NCBI RefSeq assembly: GCF_006345805.1
Contig: NC_043010.1
Coordinates: 32,922,001-32,986,000 of the forward strand
Origin: Octopus sinensis
Lineage: Eukaryota
Direction of reading: 5' to 3'
DNA: 64,000 nt
Below the pieces are notes generated by a model. It made no database searches and was not told the DNA's origin. It was given only the letters and a program-made list of their open reading frames with translations. Shown here piece after piece: positions 39,676-53,089 of this stretch. A program made the translations under genes and the position numbers. Each line of letters begins with the position of its first letter. Within the stretch, counting starts at the first letter, position 1.

Positions 39676-40119
39676 AAAAACTAACACAGTCATATGATTT
39701 TTTTAAAAAACCTAAACCTAACCCTGACCATACCAAACTAAACCTACCTACCTATTTTACATCCCTCTGTGGTCAGTATAGTATCAGTCATCCCTCAAGG
39801 GTCCAGCATCAGTTGTTGCTACCACTGCATCCTCCTCTGCTACTGTTATTAGCAACCCCTGAATATGTTAGTGTCATTTAATTTCTGAAATGTTTCGCTG
39901 ACGTTTGTTTATGTTGTTTGATCTCTTTCTCTATCAGTTTCTAGTAAGATAGATATGCGAGTAAAATAGAGAAACGAAAATAAGACTTTGGAAACAGGAA
40001 CGCCACCATAGGTTACGTGAACACTATAAACGTGTTTTCAAGGGAGATAATCAAAGAACGTAACATTGTAATACTTCATGTAAAGTAAATATAACAAATG
40101 AAAAAGCCTTCAAGAATTC

Positions 40120-40297
40120 ATAAAATTTCTCTGATCACTACAAAAATTTCATCATCTATTTCTTGTATCATTACCAATTTTTCCTGCAAGTTTCATTGAA
40201 TATCGTTCACAACTTTTTGAGTTATTTTGCACACAGACGGACAGACGGTCAAACCAACGCCGATGAAAACATAACCTCCTTCCTTGGCGGAGGTAAT
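40120..40297 (+). mobile_element. HINE-like element, 3' portion
   Basis: …CACAGACGGACAGACG…AAAACATAACCTCCTTCCTTGGCGGAGGTAA. Confidence 0.55.
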
Positions 40298-40699
40298 GAA
40301 TAGGAACGTTATTAGTCTCTATTTAGCGAGAAAGATACAGTGTTCGAATCCAGCCTGGTACTGTGTTATACATATAAAAAAAAAATAATATAACACCTCA
40401 AAGCGATAAGGAGCAGAATGAAGAAAAGTAGGCCGATGAGGAAAAGTAGGCTTTCTGAAGCAAAAGAAATAAAGACCAAAGTAAACTTAATTCGAAAAAC
40501 ATTTAGAAAAACATTAACAAATGTTAAGTGGGTCCGTTTACGAAGAAGAAACTCTCACCGCGTGGGAAGAATCTGAATTTTATGAAGGAACCCATGTCAT
40601 GTGAGGTGAAACCAACTCATTGCTCTGGAAGAAGCGATTTACAAGAATATAAAGAGCTATAATAAGACTATTATTATAATAAGCCCTTTCAATCTTGTC

Positions 40700-41120
40700 C
40701 ACTATACCTCTTTCGCCAAAGACCAGACAGATGAAAACTGCCTGTTCTTTTTGGTCAAAGGGAAATAACATGACGCTCTTCTCAATGGACTCAACTGATC
40801 GCTGGATCCGTCCCACACTCAACAGCAGGAACTCGACACAATTCCACAGGTCAGCAATACTCGGGCACTGGACGAGTGCGTACAGAAATTCCGATGCTTT
40901 ACGCGCATCTCGGGGAAGCCCGACTGACAGCATTTTTGTGTCTGTAAAGTCTACCTCGAAATGGCAATCTCCAACTGTTCCGGCTAGCACTACCAGGCAA
41001 AGAAATTTCTGAGATTATCCATTAGCCCCGACTCCAAAGTCCTCCGAAACAGACTAATTTCGTTAATACCTAGTCTCCCCGGGAATGTCGACGCTCTTTC
41101 CCGCCACTTACCCTCTAAAG
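40700..41120 (-). mobile_element. Tx1/L1-like LINE ORF2 C-terminal fragment
   Basis: ALVQCPSIADLW…VEFLLLSVGRIQ, a decayed C-terminal zinc motif; paralogous to 56635-57340. Confidence 0.65.
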
Positions 41121-41178
41121 AAAGCCTAATCGGGTTTCTGCCTACAAAGTATATCTATGTCGGTCACACAGATCCTAC

Positions 41179-41179
41179 T

Positions 41180-41213
<34 letters not shown>

Positions 41214-41214
41214 C

Positions 41215-41252
<38 letters not shown>
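41179..41252. repeat. (CAG)n(TAG)n microsatellite
   Basis: Direct repeats. Confidence 0.95.
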
Positions 41253-41254
<2 letters not shown>

Positions 41255-41261
41255 TCAAGTA

Positions 41262-41450
41262 AGGCGGCGAGCCAGTAGAAACGTTAGAGCGCCGGACTAA
41301 AGTTCCTATTCATTACATTCTGAGTTCAAATTCTGTCGAGGTCGACTTTAGTTTCGAGTCATTAAAATAAGTGCTAGTTGAGCAGTGGTGATCGATGTAA
41401 TCGACTTACCTCCTACCTCTAAAATCATTGGCCTTGTGCCAAAACCCATT
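41262..41450 (+). mobile_element. SINE family B
   Basis: GGCGGCGAGCCAGTAGAAACGTTAG head; TTCTGAGTTCAAATTC B box. Confidence 0.7.
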
Positions 41451-41811
41451 GTTATTTTCTCCACCTTGCTTTAACGGGCTACACGTTGCTTTATACAAGC
41501 TACACCAAAGTTTCAACCAGAGCCGTCAAGAGACAAAGTCTTACATCTGAAGATACAAAAAGATCTCTGTATGTTACAAAATAAAATTATTTTTACACAA
41601 TTTATAATGAAAATGAATTAATAAAATTGTATTTAGACAGAGAGGAATTTACGTAAAATATGTGAAATACCTGTAAGTAGGATCGTCTGCAATTTACTTG
41701 TTTTGGGACTGCCTGGAATGAGGTCAACGCATTCGTTTACCTCTTTTGATATTATTCCAAATTCCCCAGTCACAATAGCTAATATTGTGGCTTTGAGATG
41801 TCACATACTCC

Positions 41812-41812
<1 letters not shown>

Positions 41813-41876
<64 letters not shown>

Positions 41877-42005
41877 TGGTGGTTGGTGGTGGTGGTGGCA
41901 GTACTAGTATTAATAGTAGTAGTAGTAGTAGTGGTGGTGGTGGTGGTGGTGGTTGGTGATGGTGGTAGTAGTAGTAGTAGTGGTGGTGGTGGTGGTGTGG
42001 TGGTG

Positions 42006-42041
<36 letters not shown>

Positions 42042-42045
42042 GTAA
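41813..42045. repeat. (GTA)n/(GGT)n compound microsatellite
   Basis: Direct repeats. Confidence 0.95.
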
Positions 42046-42141
42046 AGCATAGCAGAAACAGTCTTACATGCGACTAAATTATGCTACTATATTCAGAAAT
42101 CTAACCTGTCCAGCATTGATTTTTCTCTTGGTTCTAACATA

Positions 42142-42920
42142 GGCGCAGGAGTGGCTGTGTGGTAAGTAGCTTGCTAACCAACCACATGGTTCCGGGTTCA
42201 GTCCCACTGCGTGGCATCTTGGGCAAGTGTCTTCTGCTATAGCCCCGGGCCGACCAATGCCTTGTGAGTGGATTTGTAGACGGAAACTGAAAGAAGCCCG
42301 TCGTATATATGATATTATAATATATATACTAGCAGTATCGCCCGGCGTTGCTCAGGTTTGTAAGGGAAATAACTATAAAGCATTTTTAGGAGTTATAGCC
42401 AAAAAATAGCAAAAAATGGAAAAAAAAATGATGGTAAATTTTTTTTGAGAGTTAAAAAAGGTGGAGTTGCGTCCCCTAGACGGTCTGTGGTTTGGGTTTC
42501 TGATTCTCGACCCCATGTCGAATTTATCGATTTTTTTCAGAACTGGGGGAACTTTTCAAAATTTTCGCTGTGTTAGTTTTGAATTATGACATTGGGCTAA
42601 TCGGTTGAAAGCCGTGGTCAGAGTGAGGGTACGAGAAAACAGACACACAGAAAACGCACAGACAAACTGCCGTTTATATAGAGAGAGATATATGTGTGTG
42701 TGTATGTGTTGGTGTGTCTGTGTTTCTCCCCCTAGCATTGCTTGACAACCGATGCTGGTGTGTTTACGTCCCCGTCACTTAGCGGTTCGGCAAAAGAGAG
42801 CGATAGAATAAGTGCTGGGCTTACAAAGAATAAGCACCGGGGTCGATTTGCTCGACTAAAGGCGGTGCTCCAGCTTGGCTGCAGTCAAATGACTGAAACA
42901 TGTAAAAGAGTAAAGAGTAT
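42142..42920 (+). mobile_element. SINE family A interrupted by a Helitron
   Basis: Head at 42142-42305, tail at ~42720-42920. Confidence 0.88.
42329..42688 (-). mobile_element. Non-autonomous Helitron nested in the SINE microsatellite
   Basis: A|CTAGCAGTATCGCCCGGCGTTGCTC…TATATAGAGAGAGA|T on the plus strand; the 5' module matches 60667-60880. Confidence 0.8.
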
Positions 42921-43662
42921 ATTCATGGGTTAATGTCATCAACAATACAGTTTTTCTTGCAAATGTGCCAATGTGAAAAATATAGCACAGGGTTCACATT
43001 ATGTGCCTGTCCATTCTCCACCCTTCCACACCAGAATTTAAAAATAGGAAGAAAAAAAATAGGACACGTTATAACTATACAAGAGTTGTCTTAAATTACT
43101 TTTCGTGCCTTCGTCTCCTCATTCTCTACCTCAGTTGATCTTGCAACCTGATTACAGCAGAACCTGGTCAATAAAGATCATAGTTTACATTTGTGAGTTT
43201 AACGGCTATTCCAATGAAACAGAAGAAGTTTTGTTTACATGAAACAGCATTCATCTTCTCTGTAGTGTCAGGGCAACGTAAAGCTGTTAATACTAAACAC
43301 AGAAGGGTCTTACATTACTGTAATTATAGATTAATAAGCAGAAGTATTTTCTCTCGGCCATATTGTTAATGGTGAACTGTAGTGGTAACACACTTAACTG
43401 ACATCAGAATAAATAAAACAAGAAACAACTCTCAGTCAAGCGCACACATACATGAATACATGCTTGCATACATATATGCTTGCAAACATGTAAGCATGCA
43501 TGTATACATACATGCATGCATACATACATACATACATACATACATACATACATACATACATACATACATACATACATACATACATACATACAAATACGCA
43601 CACATGCTCCCATGTATGATTGTATCTTGATTGAGTTGTTAATTATATATATGCATATTATA

Positions 43663-43878
43663 CGAGGAGTACTGAAAGGTTCGTAGCTTTAGGTAAAAGA
43701 AAATACGAGAGGTTCAGTTAAATATAATTTTACTCAACATATTTCCCTCTCAGATTCACACACTTATTGCAGCGGTTTTTCACTTTTTCTAAGACCTATG
43801 AAAGAACTCGGAAGGTTGGGCCTTCAACCAGGTCTTTCCTGATACCCTTAAAGCCAAGAACTTTTCAGTACCTCCTCG
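43663..43878. mobile_element. Mariner-derived MITE
   Basis: TA|CGAGGAGTACTGAAAGGTTC…GAACTTTTCAGTACCTCCTCG|TA. Confidence 0.85.
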
Positions 43879-43922
43879 TATGTACATACATATAAGAATA
43901 TATGTGTGTGTATAGGTATATA

Positions 43923-43970
<48 letters not shown>

Positions 43971-44034
43971 TTGTCTGAGTATGTATGTATATATGAATGT
44001 ATATAGATATAAATGTGTATATACATATATATAC

Positions 44035-44096
<62 letters not shown>

Positions 44097-44234
44097 TGTA
44101 TGTATGTATATATATATATATCACGGGTTCAATAGAAAGAATACAGGGAGAAAAGTTAGGCGGGGAGTGCTAGTCAGCACCAGCATTGCTAGCAACTTGG
44201 TAACGTCTATACTTAATAATATATTATATATATA

Positions 44235-44303
<69 letters not shown>

Positions 44304-44397
44304 ATACATATATTAATTATATATAATATTATATTTATAATATATATATATAATACATATATATAATACATATATTAATTATATACATATATATATA

Positions 44398-44521
44398 CTT
44401 TATTTAAAAGCAGTAGAAATATAACAAAAGCTATTACTCAGAGTTTCACGTACCTGTTCGAACGAGAACATGAAACTCTGAGTAACAGCTTTAGTTATAT
44501 TTCTGCTGCTTTTAAATAAAG
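44398..44521. repeat. Loop-less 124-bp palindrome derived from a hammerhead-bearing terminal repeat
   Basis: 62-bp arms centred on GTTC|GAAC, 55 of 62 Watson-Crick pairs by manual count; each arm carries GAAA-CTCTGAG-TA. Confidence 0.85.
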
Positions 44522-44608
44522 CATATTACTCTACCTCCTAGTATTTGAGTACTCTTTTTTCCACCTTGTTTCACATTTATGTGCTTACTCTGGTTATATT
44601 ATATTTAA

Positions 44609-44703
44609 TTTTTTCAATGGGTGCAAATAACACGAAAAAGATTGTTCCAGGTAGCAAAAATTCAGATAAGCGCCAAGGATATTACATATATATATATATA
44701 TAT

Positions 44704-44742
<39 letters not shown>

Positions 44743-44806
44743 ATATCTGAATTTTTGCTACCCTGGTAACAATCTTTTTTCGTGTTATTTGCACCCATTG
44801 AAAAAA
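44609..44806. repeat. Inverted repeat with a (TA)n spacer
   Basis: TTTTTTCAATGGGTGCAAATAACACG… / …CGTGTTATTTGCACCCATTGAAAAAA. Confidence 0.85.
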
Positions 44807-44845
44807 TACACATTGATTTATAAATATATATACACATATATATAT

Positions 44846-44884
<39 letters not shown>

Positions 44885-44941
44885 GTGTGTGTGTGTGTGT
44901 GTATTCACTGTATAATATTCTAACAGAAAATATTTAATTAA

Positions 44942-44980
<39 letters not shown>

Positions 44981-45175
44981 TATATATTTAAATTTAGAAT
45001 TTTTATTTCATATATTTTGTTTATGAGTAATTAATTAATTTTATTTCTATGCATTGGTTTATGTTTTTCACTGTTTGATTTACCTAATAGTGGTTTTATC
45101 TCTAATTTAATATATATATAGATATATATATATATTATATATATATTATATATTATATATATTATATATATATAT

Positions 45176-45237
<62 letters not shown>

Positions 45238-45810
45238 TATATATATATATATATTAATAATATATATATTATATATATATATATATTATATATTATATAT
45301 ATTATATATATACATATAATATATATATATATATCGGTTAAATAAAATGAGGCCACAAGCCAAGGCAGAGTGACATTTCGAGGACATTTCATAAAGAGAA
45401 GGGTAGTCTTACAGGTGTTTCAGGGATATAAAAGATATTGCCTTACCAAAATAACTTCTTATATTGAACTCCATTATTTCCTTTTATTTAACTTTCTCAT
45501 AACATCTCTGATGATGGGATATCTTTTATATTCCTGAGACAACTATTAGACTACTCATCTCTTTATAAAATATCCTTGGCTTTGTTGTCTCATTTTATTT
45601 AACCTATAAACGCTCACACGCGATCCGCGCTAGTCTCCTCACTCATACCATTATCGAGCCATGAATCTAACAGCGGTCCTTCCGTAGCACTTACGTAGCC
45701 TTACCTGCCTTTTTGATCTTCTTGATACCAAAACCTCACACACGCACACACACACACGTATATATATATATATAATATATATATATATATAATATATATA
45801 TATATACATA

Positions 45811-46006
45811 TATTATATCAAATTAGAGACAAAAACACTATTATGAAATCAAACAAAGAAAGACTTAAGCCAATACATAAAATAATTTATAAAATTAAAA
45901 TTTAACATATTCATACGTTAAATTTTAATTATATAATTATATGTATTGGCTAAGTCTTTCTTTATTTGATTTCATAATAGTGGTTTGTCTCTAATTTGAT
46001 ATAATA
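45811..46006. repeat. Foldback (~90-bp arms) abutting (TA)n
   Basis: TATTATATCAAATTAGAGACAAA… / …TTTGTCTCTAATTTGATATAATA. Confidence 0.85.
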
Positions 46007-46086
46007 TAATATTTTACTATAAAATTGGATTCAATCTTAAATCTGAATTTTCCTTGTAAATTTGGATTTATTCCCTAATATTTATT

Positions 46087-46143
<57 letters not shown>

Positions 46144-46177
46144 ACATATATATATATATACATACATATATATAATA

Positions 46178-46231
<54 letters not shown>

Positions 46232-46839
46232 ATATGTATGTATGTATGTAGTATGTATGTATGTATGTATGTATGTATGTATGCATGCATTATGAGGAAA
46301 CACAACTAGATCTCACAATGCAAGGAAACGTTGGATAACCAAGTACCTGCAAGCCTGGAGAACTACGTTGCGTATAAACAATTGTAGTGATTGCAAATAA
46401 ATGTCCAACCGTGATCCTTTTTCTTGACTCCAACTTTTTCAATTATCTAATCACATACTACAGAAACGCAAACGCAAGCCTGGAAGTACGTATAATGGAT
46501 AGCACAGGGTAAATTCTGAAGGTGGAGGAACGTTCTTAACAGAATATAACATAACTATATATATAAATACTAAATTTGTAAATCTCTCGTAGAGACATGT
46601 ACGGTGGTGGACAGTATACAACCATTCTATATATATATTTATACATACATATAGACAATCACTTACTGTAAAGAAAGTCAAGGGTACGTAGCGTTCCATT
46701 AATCAAAAAGGCAAAAAAAAACATGATAAATGTACAAACAAACGGAAAACAGACACAGAAGGACACTAACTCTTCATCATTTATCGGTCGGAGGGTCAAG
46801 GAGCAAAATTGCGTTTTACGTATACATACATATGCGTGT

Positions 46840-46880
46840 ACAGTAGTAGTAGTGGTGGTAGTAGTAGTAGTAGTGTAGTA

Positions 46881-46937
<57 letters not shown>

Positions 46938-46938
46938 C

Positions 46939-46979
<41 letters not shown>

Positions 46980-47022
46980 AGTAGTAGTAGTAGCAGCAGC
47001 AGCAGCAGCAGCAGTAGCAGTA
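46840..47022. repeat. (GTA)n/(GCA)n microsatellite
   Basis: Direct repeats. Confidence 0.95.
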
Positions 47023-47439
47023 TAGGATGCGGCGCTGACATTGTGAGCTGATATCTGGTAATGGCACAAGAGTAGTCATTGTTTCTTTTCTCACAATTCT
47101 ATGTTGTATAATAAATAACTTCAAAATAACATTAGAACCATTAGAACTAAGTACGACAAAATATGAAAACCGAAGATAAAGATAATTTAAACGATTGAAT
47201 AAAGGGTTATTTCTGGTGATGTCCGGTCGATATCAATGACGGCTTGCAAGAACCATTTTATAAAAGACTGATAATGTTATGAAAACATAACGAACACCAT
47301 TTCGAGACAGAAATGGCGAGCAAGCAACCTCGTTACCGAATACAATAAAGAGCAGCTGTCAATCAGTCTGCTCAAATTACTCTGCTGATCTGAACAGAGT
47401 CTCGGTTAATTAAAATTATCGTGCTCGCCACATTAACTT

Positions 47440-48125
47440 GGCACTTACTTCGTTGTTTCATGGTCACATCATATCTTCACACGTTTCACAGGCCCACCCA
47501 CGGCTATTATATGGTTGTCATATCGATAATTGTATAACGTCACTATTCATATCTCCGAATACTCCACCTTCGTTTTCTTCGTCGTCATCTTCCAGCCAGC
47601 TTTGCAGTGTTCATCCACCATTTCTAACACTATTGTCAATATCTTATACTTCTCCGTTTCCACTGATCACTCCCACCTCTTCACATCCGGGTTTGTTTGT
47701 TTTTTACAAACTCATCCATATCTTAATTTCACCTCAACACGCCCACACTCACATCAAACCAGCTATTCATTCTTGCAGTTTCTCTACTTTTTAAACCGAA
47801 GCTAATTCTAAAGTCAATTCGCATCAAATACTCCGTTTTTTTTTTCTCATCAACGTGTTCCTGCAACACAACCAGTGATAAAAACCGACGTCGAGTCCAA
47901 ACTATTAACCGTACATCTTCCCTGCCGACCCGTCCACCACCACCGCATTCCTTCCCCTATCATCTTCCATCCCGCTTTACGACCCCTTCTTTGTAATTTC
48001 CATTTCTCCAATCTGGCAATGACACTTTCCAATCTTTCCTGGACACCCTCTACCCTCCTTCAAATGGAATTGCGGCTGCACGACTCTCTGATCAACAGTT
48101 CCTTTATCAATACCTCCTACTGAAA
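47440..48125 (+). mobile_element. Penelope-like element RT/thumb fragment (decayed)
   Basis: HIDNCI (decayed YIDD), FQPALQCSSTISNT, HPYLNFTSTRPH, RIPSPIIFHPALRPLLCNFH, LHDSLINSS, read across frameshifts. Confidence 0.65.
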
Positions 48126-48231
48126 AACTTGGCCCTTCGTTCAGAAGATTAACATTCTGCAAGATCCACATCCGTTTTCTAAGTCGTTGATCGATTCAAG
48201 AATGTATTCTATTGCAATATCTTTTACCTTT

Positions 48232-48480
48232 TATTTGTTATTTGTTTTAGTCATTAGGCTGCGGCCATACTGGGGCACCGCTTTGAAGAATTTTTAGTCG
48301 AAAGAACCGACCCTAGTGCCTTTTTTTAAAGCACGGTACTTATTCTATCGAACTCTTTTGCCGAACCGCTAAGTTACAGGAGTGTAAAGACACCGGTTGT
48401 CAAGCGCTGGTGGGAGACATACATAGATTCAAACACACACGCACACACCACACCACACACACACACACACACACGTATAC
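48232..48480 (-). mobile_element. SINE family A, 3' half
   Basis: Reverse-complement tail plus (CA)n. Confidence 0.8.
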
Positions 48481-48509
48481 ATACATATATATATATATAT
48501 ATATACTAA

Positions 48510-48981
48510 AAATAATATGGGTGGCTTATTAGCAATTTAACAACCTAAATGCAAAATTACAGACGATACTAAGAAGTACTAGCATTGCTAGAAATAAGAC
48601 CCAAATCAACTCAATAGCCACAGACAGCACCATCTTAATAACTGACAAGGGAGTCAAGCTCCCTACAACAGCGAATATGATTTTACCTTTAAGTTGTTAA
48701 GTTGCTAATAAGCCTCCCATATTATTTGTAGTTTTCACTTTTACCGTTTTTGAAATCAGCGTATGACTTCAACGGATATCTTATAAACTGACAAGGTGAG
48801 TTGAGTTTAACCATAGGCGTGGTAAGAGCCATCGATGAGAATTAAGATGCTCCAGCATCAAAATTTGAAATCACTGCTGTTGTAAGGAGCTTGTCTCTCT
48901 TGTCAGCCATTAAGATGGTGCTGTCTGTGGCTATTGAGTTGTTTTGACTCTTATTTCTAGCAATACTGAACCACTTAGTAC
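48510..48981. repeat. Interleaved inverted repeats (A B A' … B')
   Basis: A 48510-48549 / A' 48688-48727; B 48565-48672 / B' 48876-48981. Confidence 0.75.
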
Positions 48982-49010
48982 CTTCTGTCACTCTAGTGAT
49001 GTATCTCTCT

Positions 49011-49093
<83 letters not shown>

Positions 49094-49754
49094 TATATAT
49101 ATGTATATACGACGGGCTTCTTTCAGTTTCCTTTGGTCGGCCTGATGCTATGCGGTTGGGAAGCAAGTTTCTTACCACACAGCAACGCTTGCGTCTATAA
49201 GTAAAAGACCAATTAAGTGGTGTGTTTATTTTGGAGAAATTGGCCGAAGTTTGACCGATGAATTTAGAAAGTATCTACAGGATGTGAAACGCAACAGCAA
49301 ATCTCAAAAATGTCAATTCCCCGGGATATTCCCGTCATTATTATTCTATCTTTGCTCATCTCCATCACCATAATCTTCGTTCGTCTTCTCCGAGACAAAG
49401 ATTACTCGTCCAACAGGGGACAGCTTTTTTTTTAAAAAATTAATCGATTAGCCTTCCTTTGACAACACATTCTTATTAACACTTACCCTCATCTAGAACT
49501 TCTGCAATCTCCTGCCTACCTATTCGTTAATGTATTTTCCAGCTTTTTAGGATTTTTATTTTCATCATCTGTGTGTGATTCGTTGTTTACATGGTGCTGT
49601 GCTTCTGAAAGATGAGTTATATATAAACAACTACAACACAAGTTATGCCTCTCTACTTAACGCTCGCTAAATGAAAATCGATGCTTATAACCTTAACGGA
49701 GAATCTTACCTCTCACAATATAGAAACATTTCTTATGGCCCCAGCAGACAAAAC

Positions 49755-49945
49755 GGATGATAGCGAGGAAGATGCGCAGGAACAGCCACTCTGACTCGTG
49801 GGGCTGGCACTTGCGGACTGCAATCTCTGCCCCGATAGTGGTGATCAGGGATATGGTCCGGGAGCCAAGAACGCAGGAGGCCTCAATTGCCACAGGCTCA
49901 ATCATAAACTTGTCGAAGAGCGACCAGTACCTTGACATTTTTTTA
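49755..49945 (-). mobile_element. CRE-clade LINE REL-endonuclease C-terminal fragment
   Basis: IEPVAIEASCVLGSRTISLITTIG…PHESEWLFLRIFLAIIR, matching the PxAxETxG…FLFQRxSxAIxR pattern. Confidence 0.65.
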
Positions 49946-50081
49946 TTTTTCATCAGCCCAACGAGCCTGGGCTGGTAGCTGACAAGGCCAACTTGTATTT
50001 GTGTATGTTCATGTGACGGGATGAATATCTGAATAAGTGTGTAGGGGCGCTTGTGTACAGGTTTGTATAATATTATGTATA

Positions 50082-50520
50082 CTAGCGGGACCCGTGAATA
50101 TTTCACGGAATTAATTGTAAACTTATTGGGTTATTCCTGAAAACTTTATCCAAAAAGCCTAAAGCGTAGCCTGTGTTGTGTCCGTATGGAAAGCTAGTTG
50201 CTTATCTACTACTCATTGAAAAGTGAAGGAAATTGGAATACGATGATTACTTAATGCACTTTATATTTACATGCTTTATATATTCTAAGCACAATTTTAT
50301 AGACTTAATACACAGCACTCATAAAATAAATATTCACTCTTATCTTTCCATATTTTCCATAAACAGAAAAAATTACATTTTAAAATTTACATAGTCACAA
50401 TTTCATATCCAGAAAACAAAAACTTTATAGTAAAAACTTTATACGCAAAATATAGGGCTCACGATTTCATGGGGGTAAAAATTGAATGCAACATGGCCTG
50501 CTCTGAAAACTATATCGTTG
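50082..50520 (-). mobile_element. Helitron 3' end (second family); 5' boundary uncertain
   Basis: A|CTAG at 50081-50085 with the adjacent hairpin CCGTGAATATTTCACGG. Confidence 0.5.
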
Positions 50521-50879
50521 GTAACTTATAAGCCAAGATGATGGATCTGAACCAATACACATTTCAATTTGCGTACACCTTTCAACCCAATACTTCTTTG
50601 CAGACTATGTTCTTCGCGTAAGTTCTCCCTCTTCTTTTCCCTTGTTTGTCAGTGTTGATAACTTTAGCTCACACATCAGATAAGTTACGAGCTCTTTAGA
50701 ATGCAACATATAACTGACCATGGCCGAATACAGGTTCAGGCAAGAACAACACCACTTTATCAAATGTTTGCCCTTGTGATTTATTGATGGTCATTGCATA
50801 TGACAGGCGAACAGGAAACTGATTTCTTTCTAAAGTGAATGGCAAGTGTGGGATGCGCACACGTTAAGTGACAGGTGTT

Positions 50880-50970
50880 ATAAAACACTTAGTTCAATTT
50901 TAAAAAAACACTTACTTTTCACTATGCACTCACCATCGCCACGTCCACCACACCACCACCACCACCGTCA

Positions 50971-51053
<83 letters not shown>

Positions 51054-51430
51054 GTTTTCTTTAATCTCACCATAAAACATCACTTCCTGCTAAAATTATA
51101 TTCCTAACTCTCCTCTATATCACTACCTTCAACTCTTTTAACCACGTAATAAATATTACTCTCCCCCCACCACCATCACATGTCGTGGACGCTTTTCTCT
51201 CCGTTTTTACTTTCTCCCCCTTTTTCTTTCTCTTGTTCTCTCTTCCCCTTCACCTAATCACGTGAAAGCGTCACGATTACGTTCCCTCTACCTCATGTCA
51301 TGGACGCTTCTTTCACCCTCTTTTTCTTTCTCCCTCTTTTCTTTCTCCCTCCTTTTCTCTAATCACGTGAAAGCGTTACCGACGGGCTAAGTAACGTAAT
51401 GACAAGAAGAATTATTATAAGATGCCTATA
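50880..51430 (+). repeat. Unclassified dispersed repeat (sister of 5575-6110) with an internal tandem duplication
   Basis: (CAC)n, (CT)n at 50974-51050; unit CATGTC(G/A)TGGACGCT…CTAATCACGTGAAAGCGT occurs twice (51179-51378). Confidence 0.55.
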
Positions 51431-52112
51431 TATGTATATATGTAATGGCGAATATATGCATGAACGAGTTTGAATACGAAGGCGCGTAAGCGCGTTTGCA
51501 TATATCATCGTGCATATAACAAATCTTGAACAGTCACAACAGTTCATTATTTTAGCAATATCGATCGGTAAGAGTGATGAAGGTGTAATAATGACTTGGA
51601 TAGAAAGTTAACAAATTTAGCAAATTAAAGAACTTAATTTACTTTATTATCCGCCTACAATTCTACAAATGTTTTTAGAGGTTTTTTTCATCCTCACCTT
51701 CCTTCCATCCTTTCAGCTTTTTCTACGTTACTAAGAAGCACTAATAATGAGCAAATATGAACGGCAAAAATATTAGATACAGACTAAACTAACGGGTTAC
51801 CATTTGACGCTGGCATACATAGCCCAGCAAGTCCAGATCAGTCCACCCGCCCACCCACGCATCCGTCCAGGTTCGTATCTAACACCAAAATATGATACGC
51901 CATCGATTAGCTGCCGAAGCAAAACAATACACATAATGAGGCAGATTATTCATCAAACAAAACCCGAACAGTAAGCTTGTAAGTTTTTACAGCCACATGA
52001 ACGACTATAGTAACAATAACGACGACAATAATAGCAATAAATATTGATTTTGTATTTCCTTGGTTTTGTACAAAGTTCACATATGTGTGTGTGCATGTAT
52101 GTATGTATATGC

Positions 52113-52149
<37 letters not shown>

Positions 52150-52193
52150 CATATTTATGTATGTATATATATATATATCATATATATATAGAG

Positions 52194-52250
<57 letters not shown>

Positions 52251-52512
52251 TACACATATATATCATGGTCTGCGTCGTGATTGAAGGGGGTCCCAGGATA
52301 TATATATGCACACACACATACATGCACACACACGCTATATACATGCAGAATATATAAAAATATATGTGTGTGTGTGTGTGTGTGTGTTGTGTGTGTGTGA
52401 TTACGGCCGGTCTATGGGGTTACCCAGGGTTTCGCGTCCATAAAGCGCTTAGCTTTATAACGTCTCGTCAGACCTAGCTTAGAGTGTGCTTCTCTTTCGG
52501 ATTTATGATTTA

Positions 52513-52548
<36 letters not shown>

Positions 52549-53089
52549 ACAACCAGGACGCAAACACATGAACAGGTTCCTTTTGTCGAACTGGAAGTCA
52601 CCACCTGCTCTGGATTGAGTTGCTGTCTCACAGACTTTGGCATATTCTCTGCTATTTTGTTTTGTTCTACGTCAGCTGCATTAATTATGGCTTCTGCTAT
52701 CAGGGAGAACGGGGATCGTAGTTTTCTTACTTTCGTTTCATTCTTCTCGTTCTATTTTTACATTGTTCTACTTTGCATTTTGCTTCTAATTTTTTCTTAT
52801 TTTTTCTCTGTACAATGGACTGGCTTTTAAAATATATCTAACGCATAAACAAAGCCTGAAAACATTACTTGGAGATACGAGCATGTTTTATAAATCTGCC
52901 TATTTAAGAAACTATCTTTAACACTGTCTTAATTTGTGTATTAAATTGATATTCATCTCTCATTGGCTGGAGTATTATTTTCTCTTGATTCTACCTGCAT
53001 TCGATCTATAAATTATATTTATATATATATATAATCGGGGCAGCAGCGCAGCTGACCATTCAACATACTACTGTCATGGCACTCCCACA

